Part shown: piece after piece, positions 28,299 to 40,920 of the stretch
Position numbering within the stretch: the first letter of the stretch is position 1
Layout: every line of letters begins with the position of its first letter
Source: Sarea resinae
Taxonomy: Eukaryota
Reading direction: 5' to 3'
DNA length: 64,000 nucleotides
Assembly: GCA_026026165.1 (NCBI GenBank)
Contig: JAPEUD010000039.1
Location: 124,001-188,000, forward strand
Notes under the pieces: model-generated
The model's database searches: none
The model's input: only the letters and a program-made list of their open reading frames with translations
What the model was told of the DNA's origin: nothing
Position numbers and translations under genes: made by a program

Positions 28299-30478
28299 AT
28301 GTCTCACCTCTGGTCGGCTGCAGCCGTCGCCGCGGTGAGCTTGGCCACCATCGTGGCCGCTCAATTCCCTCCGGCGCCAGAGAATGTCACGGTCTTGCAC
28401 TCAAAGTTCGACAAGAACATCACCATCTCGTACAAGGAAGTAAGTCAGGGCGAGACCGTTTCTAACGCAGTGGTTGACCCTGTTTCCAGCCAGGCATCTG
28501 CGAGACCACGCCGGGTGTCAAATCATTCAGCGGTTACGTCCACCTTCCGCCGTACACTCTCGGCGACCTGGGCGAGTACCAAAATTATTCGATCAACACC
28601 TTCTTCTGGTTCTTTGAATCTCGCAAAGACCCCTCCAATGCGCCCCTCTCGATATGGATCAATGGCGGACCCGGCTCCTCGTCGATGATTGGACTTCTCC
28701 AGGAGAATGGACCTTGCAACGTCAACGTGGACTCCAACTCGACGACGCTGAATCCATGGTCCTTTAACAATGAGGTCAACATGTTATATATCGACCAGCC
28801 TGTCCAGGTACACGCACTCGTCCCGTTCCGCTTTCGCGCTCTTCATCTTTTCTGCACTTCCAAAGCGAGGCTAACAATGATGCCAGACGGGCTTCTCTTA
28901 TGATGTGCCTACGAATGTCACCGTAGACCTAGTCACGGGAGATGTCAATGTGGTCAATTTCACCGATGGCAACGTTCCAGTCCAGAACAACACTTTTCAG
29001 GTCGGGACCTACCCCAGTCAATTCGAGCCTTCTACGCCCAATGGAACCACCAATGGTGCCAGAGCGCTCTGGCATTTTGCACAGACGTGGTTCCAAGAAT
29101 TCCCCGCGTACAAGCCTCATGATGACAAGATCAGCATCTGGACCGAGTCTGTAAGTATTCTTATTCGACCCCAGCGATCATCTTTAACAGATTTGTATAG
29201 TATGGAGGCAGATATGGACCCTCTTACTCGGCTTTCTTCGAAGAGCAGAATAAGAAGATTGCAAACGGGACCTGGAATGAGACGGGAGATACATATTACA
29301 TTCATCTCGACACTCTGGGCATTATAAACGGATGGTATGGTCTCGCCGCGCATTGGGAGTATTCGGCAACACTAATCATCCTGCAGTGTTGACCTCTTGT
29401 CCCAGGAGCTCTCTTATCCGACCATTGCCTACAACAATACTTACGGAATTGAGACTATTAATCAGACGGTGTACGAGGCTGCGGTGGACGCCTTTGAAAG
29501 GCCGGGTGGCTGCAAGGACCTGATCATCAGCTGTCGGGCGTTGGCAGCAGAAGGTGATCCTACGAATCAAGGCAACAACGCCACAGTCAATGATGTGTGC
29601 GGTGATGCCAACATCTTCTGCTCCAACGTTGTCGAGGGGGCATATACTAATTATTCTGGCGTAAGTGACAAGACCTATTGCTGCATGAGTCGCGGCTGAT
29701 CGTGAGCTAGAGAGGCTACTATGACATTGCACATCTCAACCCCGATCCCTTTCCGCCAAATTGGTTCCTAGGCTATCTGAATCAGCCTCATGTTCAGTCG
29801 GCGCTAGGAGTTCCCGTCAATTTCACCATATCTAGCAATGCCGTGTACTATGCATTCAATACAATTGGTGACTATGCTCGTGGAGGATTCCTGGAAGACC
29901 TCACCTATCTCTTGGACAACGGAATCAAGGTGGCCATGGCCTATGGCGACCGAGACTACGCGTGCAATTGGATCGGTGGTGAAGAAGCTTCCCTCGCCGT
30001 CAACTACAGTCAGAGCCACAAGTTCCGGGCGGCTGGCTATACTCCGATACACGTCAATGGGACCTACATAGGAGGACAAGTCCGACAGCACGGCAACTTG
30101 AGCTTCTCTCGGGTCTATGAAAGCGGTCATGAGATCCCAGCTTATCAGCCGGAAACAGCCTATCGAATCTTCACGAGGGCGCTATTCAACAAGAACATTG
30201 CCACCGGCAATATCTCTACGGCGACCAACGGAAATTACAGCACCACCGGCCCAAGCTCGACATGGCAGATCAAAAATACCGTTCCCGACAGCCCAGCGCC
30301 GACGTGCTACACTCTCGCCCTGGACGGTGCATGCACAGACGACCAGGTCGAGAGCGTGATCAACGGGACTGCGTTGATTCATGACTGGGTGGTCATTGAC
30401 AACAACACGACGGGACTCTTCAACTTGAGCAATACGACTTCCGCACAGGGATACTTTCATGTTCCCTTTACGTCTTGA
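28299..30478 (+). CDS. Secreted serine carboxypeptidase, family S10
   Basis: Signal peptide ([21 protein letters not shown]), [17 protein letters not shown]. Catalytic Ser in WTES|YGG, Asp in GDRDYACN, His in [11 protein letters not shown]. Several short introns. Confidence 0.95.
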
Positions 30479-31033
30479 GTCCTCGTCTTTATATGGTGAA
30501 TGTCATTCTTATGTGCGAAGACCAGGATGATATTTGAATGGGGGCTCTCATGAATTGACGCATACACGATGATAGCCTTAGATGAAATAGATGAATGAAT
30601 AAAAATTGCTAGATAGTCCCCAAGTAAACAAAGCTGCGGGTGGAAAAGGAAAATGTCTCATGTAGAGCGACTCTTCTACTAGTATCTTCTGTGGCGATGG
30701 CAGAGGTAGAGCTACGTGAGATTCACTCGGCTCGTTCCGGCAGCTTCCACCGAGCGCGGGAGGTGGAGGAGGTGGAGGAGGCGGAGGGCTACGTCAACTT
30801 GTCAGCAATTGGAACATCATCCGCGTCCGTTTCCGCATTCGACGTTACTCGGACTTACTGTACCCGTAACCCGTGCCGTCTTCAACCTCAATCCCAGGCT
30901 GGAGCTCGCCGCGAACCCTGCCCGTACCCATCCTCTCACCGCGAAGACCATCATATCCAGTTCCAGTGACGGGCAAGCTGATCCCACGGTGCACATTTGA
31001 CCCGTGTAGCTCTTCACGGGCTCGGTGGGCGTC

Positions 31034-33122
31034 ATGCCTAAAGAAACGACGATAGAAAAGACATGGAAGGGCGGGAAGAAGGGGTTCGATAAGGCGTGGG
31101 GATGGATGGACAAGTTGGGAGCGCCCGTGAACAAGCTGTCGAATAAGCTGGGCGCCGAGGCCTTTTGGCCGACGACGATGGACAAGGAATGCGACAAGGC
31201 GGCGAGGATATTAAGGAGTTTTTGCAGTGAGTGCATGGCCCCGTGCGACCGCAATGCGCCCTGGATCGGCCTGCTGACCTCGCGACAGAGGATGGGTTCT
31301 TTGCGGAGGAGGTCAACCCGTACTCGCAAGACGGGCCAAAGGGGAAGCAGAAGATCCTGAAGAAGATCCCTCAAAAGGTGCGCTTTGATTTCGTGATTGG
31401 CCATACCAGAACTAAAATTGAGGTCTTTAGGTCATCAAAAACTGCAAGGGCCTCGCCATTTTCACCACCATGCGCAGCGGTCTTTGGGTCTCGGGCGCCG
31501 GTGGGTCCGGGATTCTTGTCGCTCACAATGCGGACGGCTCGTGGTCGTGCCCGTCGGGCATCCTCCTCCATACGGCCGGCATCGGCTTTCTCGTCGGCGT
31601 CGACATCTACGACTGCGTCGTCGTCATCAACACGGACAAAGCCCTCGAGGCCTTTAAGAAGATCCGCGCGACGGTCGGCGGCGAACTCAGTGCCGTCGCT
31701 GGCCCCGTTGGCGTGGGCGGGATCCTCGACACGGAGATCCATACGCGGCAGGCGCCCGTGTGGACGTATCTGAAGTCCCGGGGTTTCTACGCGGGCGTCC
31801 AGATCGACGGCACGGTCCTCATCGAGCGCGGCGACGAGAACGAGAGGTTCTACCACCACCGGTACTCGGCTGCGGACATTCTAGAGGGCAAAGTGCGGCA
31901 CACGCCCTACGAGGCTCGCGGCCTGCTGGAAACGCTCAAGGCCGCCCAGGGCGACTCCAACGTCGACCAGTCCGTGCTGCCGCAGGAGCCTCCGCCCGGC
32001 GACGCCGAGCTCGAGCGCGAGGGGAAAGTGTTTGGTATTCCGGACCAAGACGACGACGATCCGTTCGGCGTGCTGGCGCTCGAGAAAGAAGGGCTGGAGA
32101 TCCGCGAAGCCGGCTCGCACTCGCGGCCGACGAGCGAGCAATTCGAGTTCAACCCGGCGCCGACGAGCCCGATCTACAGCCAGCTGTCGCGACGCAGCGT
32201 CGAGGGCGGCGTTGGCGGCGGCTCCAATTCGCGCCGCACCAGTCGGCTGAGCACGATGAGCAACCGCGGCACGCAGACGGAGCCGGGCAGCGAGACGGGC
32301 TCGCTTCAAGACGGCCAGCGCTCTCCGTCGACGCCGCCGCCACCACCGCAACCGGCCGAAGACACGGCGACGGACGACCCGGCCAATGCCGCGCTGGCCC
32401 AGTCGCCCGTCAGCAAAGCCCGCATCGTCAACATCCCCAAGCGGATCCCGCCGGCTCTGCCGCCGCGGAACCCCGGCCGTAGCAGCCGTGGGCCCATGGT
32501 CGTCACCGCGGAGCCGATCGCCATGATCGACACGGAGACCGAGGGTGAGAGCGAGGCGGACGAGAGGAGCAGGAGCAGGAGTCGGTCGGGGGAATTGGAG
32601 AGGTCTGTCGAGGGCATCAAACTCGTTGATGGTGAGGCCGAGGCCGTGGCTGTGGCCGCCGTAGCCACGTCTGTGACTCCTGCCGCCGCCGCCGATGGCT
32701 TCGAGGACGTCGCGCTCTCGGGCGAGACGCAGCACGGATCGAAAGAAGTAGAGGAAGAGGAAGAAGAAGCACCAACGCCAACAGCGGCGACGTTCCCCGC
32801 CAGCACCATACTCTCCCCATCCGAACCCACGGAAGCCCCCGCCGCGACCGCCAACGGCGCAGCCATCACGCCCTCGGTATCCGTGTCCGTGGTCGACGAC
32901 CAGGAATTCCACTCGTTGCCCGGGTCCGGCAGTGCCAGTCCCGTGAGGAGCGCTAGCCCTGTCGTCGTTGTAGGCGAGAGTGAAAAGGAGAGGGAGAGGG
33001 AGAGGGAGAGTGAGAGTGAGAAAGTGGAGAAAGCGGTGGTGGATGGGGACAAGAAGGCCGATGAAAAGGAAGAGAAGGTGGCGGACAAGAAGGAAGAGAA
33101 GACGGCCGAGGATTTCTCGTAG
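31034..33122 (+). CDS. SYLF/Ysc84 (DUF500) domain protein with a long disordered acidic tail
   Basis: Three exons. GAEAFWPTTMDKECDKAARIL, KGLAIFTTMRSGLWVSGAGGSGILVA, WTYLKSRGFYAGVQIDGTVLIERGDENERFY, and a PPALPPR motif. Confidence 0.9.
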
Positions 33123-33129
33123 TAGACCT

Positions 33130-34430
33130 TGGCTGGCCTGGCCTGGCCAGGCTAGAGGCTGTGTTGTATCATGTTATATCATATCATGCTTGTTATGCCG
33201 ATGCCATCAATGCCAATGCCAATGCCATCACCGTTTACCAATGCATTTGCTAATCACCACCACCACTAGTCACCACCAGTCATCACTAATGCTGATGCCG
33301 ATGCTGATGCTGATGCTGATGCTGATACTATGCTAATACTATGCTATGCCAATCTCATCTCAAGTCGTCTCATATTATATTGTGTTGTGTTATGTTCTGC
33401 CCTGCTTATCTCATGTCCTTTTTATCTCATGTGATGTCCTCTCTTATAATCCCTCTCTTGTCTTCTATCTACCTCTTTCTATCTACCTCAGTATATCTAC
33501 CTCTGTATATCTACCTCTTTAATATTTATACCTATATCTATATCTATATCTATATTTATATCAATGTTAATGTTTATATCTGCTACTTAGGTGAGACTAT
33601 AGGTATATTATAGCTAGAAAGGTTAAGCTAGAAAGAGTTAGGTGTAGAGTAGAGTAGTATTATACTTGTTATACTTCTTCTACTTGTTATTCTTACAAAG
33701 TTATTACACTACTACTACTACTCTTTCTTACTCCTTTTTCTACTTCTTTTTCTTACTACTCTTTCTTCTTTCCTACTCTAACTCTTAGAAATCCTAGAAA
33801 CTCTATCCTATTATTCTTCTAAGTTCTACTAACCTTAGATTTCTCTTCTATTTCTTACCTTCTATCTTCTCTCTCTTATCTTATATATATTATAAAACAG
33901 ACACTCTCTATAGATTTTAGTACCAGTATATAGTGTAGTATAGTTGTATCCTATATCTATAAGGCTAAGTAAAAAGTAAAGAAGATAAAAATAAAGATAA
34001 AGAAAGAAGAGAAAGAGTAAGAGTAAGAGTAAGAGTAAGAGAAAGAGTAAGAGAAAGAGTAAGAGTAAGAGTAGAAGTAAAAGAGAAGAGAAAGAAGAAG
34101 AAGAAGAAGAAGAAGAAGAAGAAGAGCAAGGGTATAAATATAGTAGAGAAACTCTACTACTATAAAAAGTAATCTATAATAGAGTAACAGACTTAAACTA
34201 GACATAATCTCCAGTCTTTACTCTATACCTAGGTAAGAGGCAAGCAGGTATAACTAACCTAGACAAGCTAAGTTTATAGTAGCCTTTTAAGATAGCGCAT
34301 ATAGGAGTAGGTTTACCCAAGGTAGGTAGTGTTTACTAGGCCGTACGAGTTTACGACTGATAGTTGTCTTGCCTTGACCTAGAAACTAACTCAACTTAAT
34401 ATATCACAAAAACAGAACTTTGAAAAGCAT
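33130..34430. repeat. AT-rich, microsatellite-dense island between the convergent SYLF gene and cpa1
   Basis: (GATGCT)n at ~33290-33326, (TATATC)n, (GAGTAA)n at ~34015-34070, (GAA)n at ~34092-34123. Strongly TpA-rich core at ~33480-34300. Confidence 0.88.
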
Positions 34431-34585
34431 GTACAATAACTCGATAAACTTGACCGGGTCTCTAGTCCGTATCCACCTGCATGTACTCCACCCCGTAAAC
34501 CTCACTACCTACTACCAACAACCACCACCCTACTCCTTGCATTTTAGCCTTTCACTCTTCCCTTTCACTCACTCTCCTTTCATCT

Positions 34586-36020
34586 CTACGCCGCCGCCGC
34601 TGCCGCTGCCGCAGCAGCAGTCTTCATCTCCGGCTGCGTGCCAACCCTCTCCTTGGCCAACAGATCAACCAGAAGCGGCGACGGCCGGCTCTCGCGATGC
34701 GGCTGAAACACGGCCTGGTTGTCCTTGTACTTGCGCACGCTCTCGAGATACGCATCGAACAGATAGCTCGAGTCGAGCGGGCCTCCCTTGGCCTCGGGAT
34801 GGAACTGCGTGCTGAAGATCGGCCGCGACTTGTGGATCATACCCTCGTTCGAGCTGTCGTTGAGGTTGACAAAGTACTCTTTCCAGTCCGACGGCAACGT
34901 CGTCACGTCGACGGCGTACCCGTGGTTCTGCGACGTGATGTGGCAGCGGCCCGTGGTCAGATCCAAGACGGGGATGTTGTGCGCACGGTTGCCATACTTG
35001 AGCTTGATCGTGCGCGCGCCCACGGCCAACGCCAGGAGCTGATGGCCGAGACAGATGCCCATGACAGGCACTTGAGACGAGTCCATCAGCTTGCGGAGAT
35101 GGTAGACGGTCTCCTGGCAGTGGGTCGGGTCCCCCGGCCCGTTGGAGATGAAGATGCCGTCAAAGTGATGGGCCACCTTGTGGATCGGATAGTCGTAGGG
35201 AAACGCCGTCACGCTGGCGCCACGGCTGACCAGGCTGCGCAGAATGTTCTCTTTGACGCCACAGTCGATGACGGCCACATGAAGGTCGCCCGACGAGCTG
35301 ACGTGAAAGGGCGCCTTGGTCGTGACCCGGCGGACCAGATTGATCCCCTCGGGGTCGACAAAGGCTTCATCCTGATCGGCATCGTATTCCTCTCCGATCG
35401 TAATGCGAGCAAGAGAAGAACCCTTCTCTCGGAGGTAGGTGACAATGGCACGAGTGTCGACGCCCGAGATGGCGGGCACACCTTCCCTGGCGCACCACTC
35501 GCTCAAGCTCTCCACCGCCGTCCAGTGAGAGTATTGTTCGGCGACGTCCGCCACGACGACGCCACAGGCTTGAATGTGCGGCGATTCAAAGTACTTGAGC
35601 AGCCCGTTCTCATCCCGAGCTGAAGAGGGCACTCCGTAGTTGCCAATGAGAGGCTGAGTGAAGACCAGAATCTGCCCGCGGTAGGACGGATCGGTCATGG
35701 ACTCGGGATATCCAACGAGGGAGGTGGTGAAGACGGCTTCGCCGGAGATGTTCGACTTGGCACCAAACGATTTGCCGTGGAAGACCGGTCCATCCTGTCG
35801 AGTCAGCAGATTTTCAATCATTAAAAAAAAGACATACCCTGATGGTGAAGGTTGCCCGGTCATGGGAGACGGGTGTAGCCCGGGCCCGAGAAGCGGGCAT
35901 CTGACGGAGGGTGTTGCCCTCGACGGTTGCTAAGAAGCGGGTCTGAGAGACGACCTTGGAAGCCAGGCCATGGCTGAAATTGGGCTTCGCAGCCGTTTGT
36001 TTGAAGATTCGAGCAAACAT
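34586..36020 (-). CDS. cpa1: Arginine-specific carbamoyl-phosphate synthetase small (glutaminase) subunit, mitochondrial (N. crassa arg-2 orthologue)
   Basis: Exon 36020-35838 (presequence MFARIFKQ...TFTIR), intron 35837-35795, exon 35794-34586. Motifs [56 protein letters not shown]. Confidence 0.97.
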
Positions 36021-36053
36021 GATGAGTCTTTACAGATGGTCGTCGGGCTAGTT

Positions 36054-36336
36054 TTAGTTCACCGAAGCCTTCCACAGGTGATCTGGGTGGCAATGAGTCA
36101 ATGGCCAGGATGACAACATGAAGAAAAATTACCTGAGATGTAATCCTGCACCGAAAACGTCAGCCATTGATCGACAAATGATGCCATGTGCCGTGTGAAG
36201 TCCAGGTGTAGGTCGTCACCAAGTGAGTGACCAGGTCACCCAGATGTCACCAAGTGGGTCTCCACCAGCCAAGAGACAACCATGAAGCACAGATTCAGCT
36301 TACCTGCGAGGTATAGACGGACGGAGCCACACGCAT
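36054..36336 (-). CDS. Upstream ORF encoding the 24-aa arginine attenuator peptide MRVAPSVYTSQDYISDHLWKASVN
   Basis: Exons 36336-36304 (33 nt), 36145-36133 (13 nt) and 36082-36054 (29 nt), all with GT-AG boundaries. The product matches the N. crassa AAP (MNGRPSVFTSQDYLSDHLWRALNA) core. The stop codon lies 33 nt before the cpa1 ATG. Confidence 0.95.
36094..36100. promoter_or_regulatory. Perfect Gcn4/CpcA (cross-pathway control) site TGAGTCA inside uORF intron 2
   Basis: Plus strand reads ATGAGTCAAT. Further TGACTC/GAGTCA cores occur at 35800-35805 and 36769-36774, and a TGAGTC half-match at 36023-36028. Confidence 0.6.
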
Positions 36337-37341
36337 ACGCGCAACGGTGCTCTCAGCACGATATCAATTCAGTTGAGATGAGTTGAAGAGATGGTGGTGA
36401 TGGCGGGCTTGGGGGTGGTGCTGTCGAGGTTCCTTCACCGTCCTTTTGGTGGTCTGGGACTCGGGTCAGACGAGTGCAGTGGCCAATGAGCCGGAGCGGG
36501 ATGGCAGAGCTGATATATTCCGGTAGAGCAGTCTAGACTTGCAATGCCAGTGTCTGAAGGGTTTTCGGGGGAGTGTGAGTTGATGCAATTTGTGCAGTAG
36601 TATGGTGATGGTCGTGTTGGAGATGCAGGGTGAGGGTGAGGGTGAGGGTGAGGATGAGGGTGAGGATTGAGAAATTTGCAAGAGGCCGATGTCGTCGCCT
36701 CGTCGCCTCGTCGCCGCCTTTTGGTCGCTGGTGGTGATCCCTCTGTACTACTTTATCCGATTCGTCGATGACTCTTCGCTCGTCGCTCTAGTCCCAGTCG
36801 ACAATGGTGCCATCCGCGGGGAGATAGGCACACCAGCCGAGACACCTCCTCGGACACCACGAAATCGGTAAATCGGAGCACAAGAGGACCCTAGATGCGG
36901 AGGGGGAATAGGTCATCTTCACCTGATTCTACGATCCTGGAATCACGAATAGCCATTGACGACAAAAAGGAAGACTGGCAATGGCAATGGCAATGACAAT
37001 GGTAGTCATGCGTGATTCTTTGTCTCCTTGGCGCTTCACTTGATCTCAACTCGCTTCTGCACTTGACTACTGCGTACTGCGTACATTGGCGACTATTGCT
37101 TGCGCGGCTCTCAGTCTGCATGAATGACTGGACTATTATTAACCTCGACTATTGAGGACACTGGACTTGTACTGCTGCTCACGCTGCAGTGGTGAAGAGA
37201 CAGACGACGACGACGACCTCCTAGAGTCGAGATACGATACGTATCCAGACGGAGAAACAAGAAATCCCGGACGCTCTTTCGTTGAAGCAACGGCCGTACC
37301 ACGCCATGTGACCATGCCCCTCCAAGAGAGAGGAAAGAAAT

Positions 37342-39053
37342 TCAGAAATGGGTCCTGGTGGAGCCCTCCTGATCCTCGAACAGGCGATTCAGGCCGACGT
37401 CCTTGAGCATCAGGCAGCCCGCAACGACGCACTCTTCAATGTCCTCGATGGCAGCATCGCAAGCCTTGACCACCTCGACCATCTTCTCCGTCGCTTCGCC
37501 CAGAGCTGTCCCCTCCTTGACCAACTCGGCATCGCCTCCGGCCTTGTTCTCGTCGAATTCGCCATTCACCATGCCCGAGCGCGCTTTCAGCCAAGAGGCA
37601 AAGTCCATGACACCGACGGTGTGGTCGACGATGGCCGAGCGAATCGCTTTGAGCTTGCTGTGCGAGGACATCAAGATGTTGTGCTGCCGATCGAACGAGT
37701 CGCCAATGGCGTTGGCACTGAGAAGCAGCTTGTTGAGCTCGGCCGAAGTGCGAGGAGGACGAGCCGAATAGGCCCCGTACTTGGTCCTTGGAGCATAGGG
37801 ATCGAAGGGGGGCTCGGGTCCGCGGCGTAGAGCCCCTTGGATGGCACGTTCTTTCATCTCGGCGTCTTGTCGCGCAAGCTCCGCCTTGGCTGCCCAGGCG
37901 TTACCCATGTTGACACCAGGGCGGCGGGGATCAACAACCCGAAGGGGCTTCGGAGGGTGCGTGGGTCCTTTCGCAATGTTGCTACCGTGATCCGCATTCA
38001 TGAGCCATGCCGCAGGGGGGCTTGGGGTCGATTCACGAGAGTCGTCATGCTCAGGCTCTTTGATCTGAATCGGCTTGGGAATTGACACAGGCTGCTTCCT
38101 GGTAGTCGAACCCGCCACGGTCTCGGAGTAGCTGCGAGGTTGCTTCAATGGAGTCGAAACGTAAGTGGGTTTCGGATTCTTGCTGGCAGCTTTCGGATTC
38201 GCGGCGTGAGAAGACAACGGCTTCATTGTCAAACCCTCATCGGAGCTACTTCCAGAGTCCTTCTTCTGAACACGAGCCACCTCTCCACTTCCCGCGCTGG
38301 AAGGTCTCTTCTTGTCGAGCTCTTTAAGAGCATGTTCGGCATTGCGACCAGCGATGGCCGGCACTGTACCATGTTAGCGATCAATCTTTAAGAGCTGGTG
38401 ATGAAACACTCACATCCTGGCTCTAGGCGGAGCGGAGCATTAGAGTATTTGCCCGTGTCATAGTGTGCGTAAGCGCACTCATCGTCGTCTTTGTTGCACT
38501 TGCCATACGTGTACCAGTAGTAACAGGTCAGAGGCTTGTTGAAGTTCTTCGGCAGCTCTTTGGGGCTGTCTTTGTCTGAGCGCTGAGAAGTCGCTGACTG
38601 AGGACTCACAGCCGCAGTCTTGGACTTCTTCGTACGCCAGAATGCGGCAGGTGAGAGAAGAGCCAAACCTCCAGACGAAGGACGCTCCTGCGCAGCCTGC
38701 ACCGTCTGGCGATCCGACGACGGCGGGTTGGCTATGTGACCAGTGTCGTGATGGCTATATTGACATTCAGCCGCAGTGTACTTGCAATGGCCCGCGGTAG
38801 ACCAGTAATAACAAGTAGGCGGCCCGTCAGGATCGTGCTGAGTAGAAGAGCCCTTCATGAGACGAGTCAAGAAGGGGAAGCTGCTGGACTCAGCCTCTTG
38901 CTCGTTGAGCGCCATAGCTGACACGGAGCGTGAAACTTTGGCGGGATCTTTGTCGCCGGCTCGACCCTGATCGGGCTTACGCCAAGGTTGATGATATCGT
39001 CGATGATGACTCTCTTTAGCACCGTTGTTGTCGTCCATCTTGCTATCAGCCAT
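37342..39053 (-). CDS. Tandem CCCH zinc-finger protein with a C-terminal helical region
   Basis: Two C-x8-C-x6-C-x3-H fingers (CYYWSTAGHCKYTAAECQYSH; CYYWYTYGKCNKDDDECAYAH). An intron at ~38366-38412 (GTGAGT...GCTAAC...CAG) joins the 224-aa and 340-aa ORFs. Confidence 0.8.
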
Positions 39054-39680
39054 GATAAGCAAGGCTCAGAAGTGAAAGATATGAGGGATTGTGATGACCG
39101 CTGTTCACGGTGTGTGATATGTGGAAGATGATGATGGAGGTCCACCGACCATGCGGGTCAAATGTTTACCTTGGCCAAATGGCCATGGCCCTCACTTGTT
39201 TACGTGTGGTTCTACCGTTCCTATTCACTGCCTGTGGGAGATTCACTTCTACCTCTCAGACGGGTCAAATTGGTGTGGCTGGTGGCCAGCGAATGCTTCA
39301 GATAGCAGGGGCAGTTTGCCTCAGATGAGTGTGGATCTCGGGGCTAACACAAACATCGAGTTTGACAGTGTCGGCGCTCGTTGATCGTGTGCATCATCTG
39401 GATTGATCGATGTCAAGGCATCTATCAAAACACCATGGAGCTCGATCCGGGCATTACCCACCCTGTCATTTCCGCTCAGAGTTCCTTTGATGCTGAAGCA
39501 GGCTTCGAGCAGAAAGCGTTCTATCTTGCAACACCATTTTCGTCGTTCACTGTCACTACAGAATCACGCATAAGTCATATCGTCTCTTGAACATCAAGGT
39601 GCTGAATTGTTCGAGATGCACGACGCATCAGCAACTCTTTAGCTGCTAAAGAGTTCATCGAAATGTTCGTCTTCTACCGT

Positions 39681-40920
39681 CTAAGCGATGATCTGGTTGA
39701 CCTTCTTGGCGTGTCCCGTAACTAGGCCCAGCGCCTTTGCTTCGTCGTCTACTATGGTAGGCAATTCCTCGAACAGAGTCGGTCGACCAGGAGCCGGAGA
39801 CCATCCGAGAACCTTTCGAGCTCTGATAGCCCGACATCTCGAGTTACCACCCCACTGCAACAACGCCATCGGATCCAAAGTCGTAGCATCCTTCTCGTTG
39901 AGGGACGCGACTTTGTCTGTTGGAATGAACCCCTTTTCGTGAGCAATGGAAGCGATTCTCTGGGACACGTCGCCCCAGACCTTTCAAAAGTCAGCCTTGA
40001 TGATACGCCTGGTCGTACTCTACTTACAAATTCTCCATTCTCCGCAAAGTAATATGCCTTCTGGCCCCACGTGGCGCTTCCACCGCCCTTGACAGCCTCC
40101 TCCACCAGCCTCACATAAACCTGAGATAGATCCTGGACGTGGATCTGACACCAGATGTTCTTTCCCTCTTTGATCTGGAATCCCTCTTTTCTCTTAAGGA
40201 CGTATTTGGCCATATTGTAAGCTTGGATACTGCGCTTGTTACCGGGTCCTCGTCCCGGCCCGTAGATGCACGGAGGACAGACAATGGCCAGCTTCAGCCG
40301 ATCGCTGGCGGATTTCTCCTCGGCCAGGACGATCTCATCAACTGTTCGGTGGACGGCAAAGGTTGGGATCGATGTCACCTCGTCCACATTGTCCCAGTCG
40401 TCCCAGATCTTATCGCGATGCTCGCCGTGGGTCATATGCTCATCGTCCTGCCATTCGAGGATGCCCGTTCCACACGTATGAATATAGAAACCGGGGTGAT
40501 CAGGAGAATGAGCCTTGACACCTTTGACAATGGCAGTGGCGGACGGTTCATGGTCGCTCGAATCGGCGAAGTCTGTTTGAATTTTGCAAGTTTTAGCCCT
40601 GGATACCTCTCCTCAGTTCGTGTCACTTACGCAATACTATATCTGCCTTCTTGGCCTCTTCTTCCAACGTGTCCACCTTGTCGAGCTCTCCATAGACTAG
40701 CCTGACCTTTGGATATTGGGCTGCCACCACGGCGCCTTTGTCGCTGTTGCGAACGAAAGCAGTGATGTCGTAATCGGGATGTGCCTGGGTGATAGAATGC
40801 AGCACTTCCCCACCAATGTAACCGGTTGCACCAGTGCTGTCCACAGAAGAGTCAGCCCACCCGGCCAGTCCTACACGCAATCGAGTATCAGGCCTACATG
40901 AAGATCTTGGGGGCGGTCAT
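39681..40920 (-). CDS. NAD(P)-binding Rossmann-fold epimerase/dehydratase-family (atypical SDR) protein
   Basis: Four exons. MTAPKIFI|TGATGYIGG, FYIHTCGTG, AIVCPPCIYGPGRG, IHVQDLS, RARKVLGW. Confidence 0.9.

Noticed and set aside
7100..34400. AT-rich cores as degenerate transposons or centromeric DNA
   Set aside because: No terminal repeats, target-site duplications or RT/transposase remnants are recognisable, and the cores are only about 0.5-1 kb within gene-dense DNA. A heavily RIP-mutated origin cannot be fully excluded without a repeat search.
31760..35623. Long antisense or alternative-frame ORFs over the SYLF gene and cpa1
   Set aside because: They are the expected by-product of high GC3 codon bias and have no recognisable domains.
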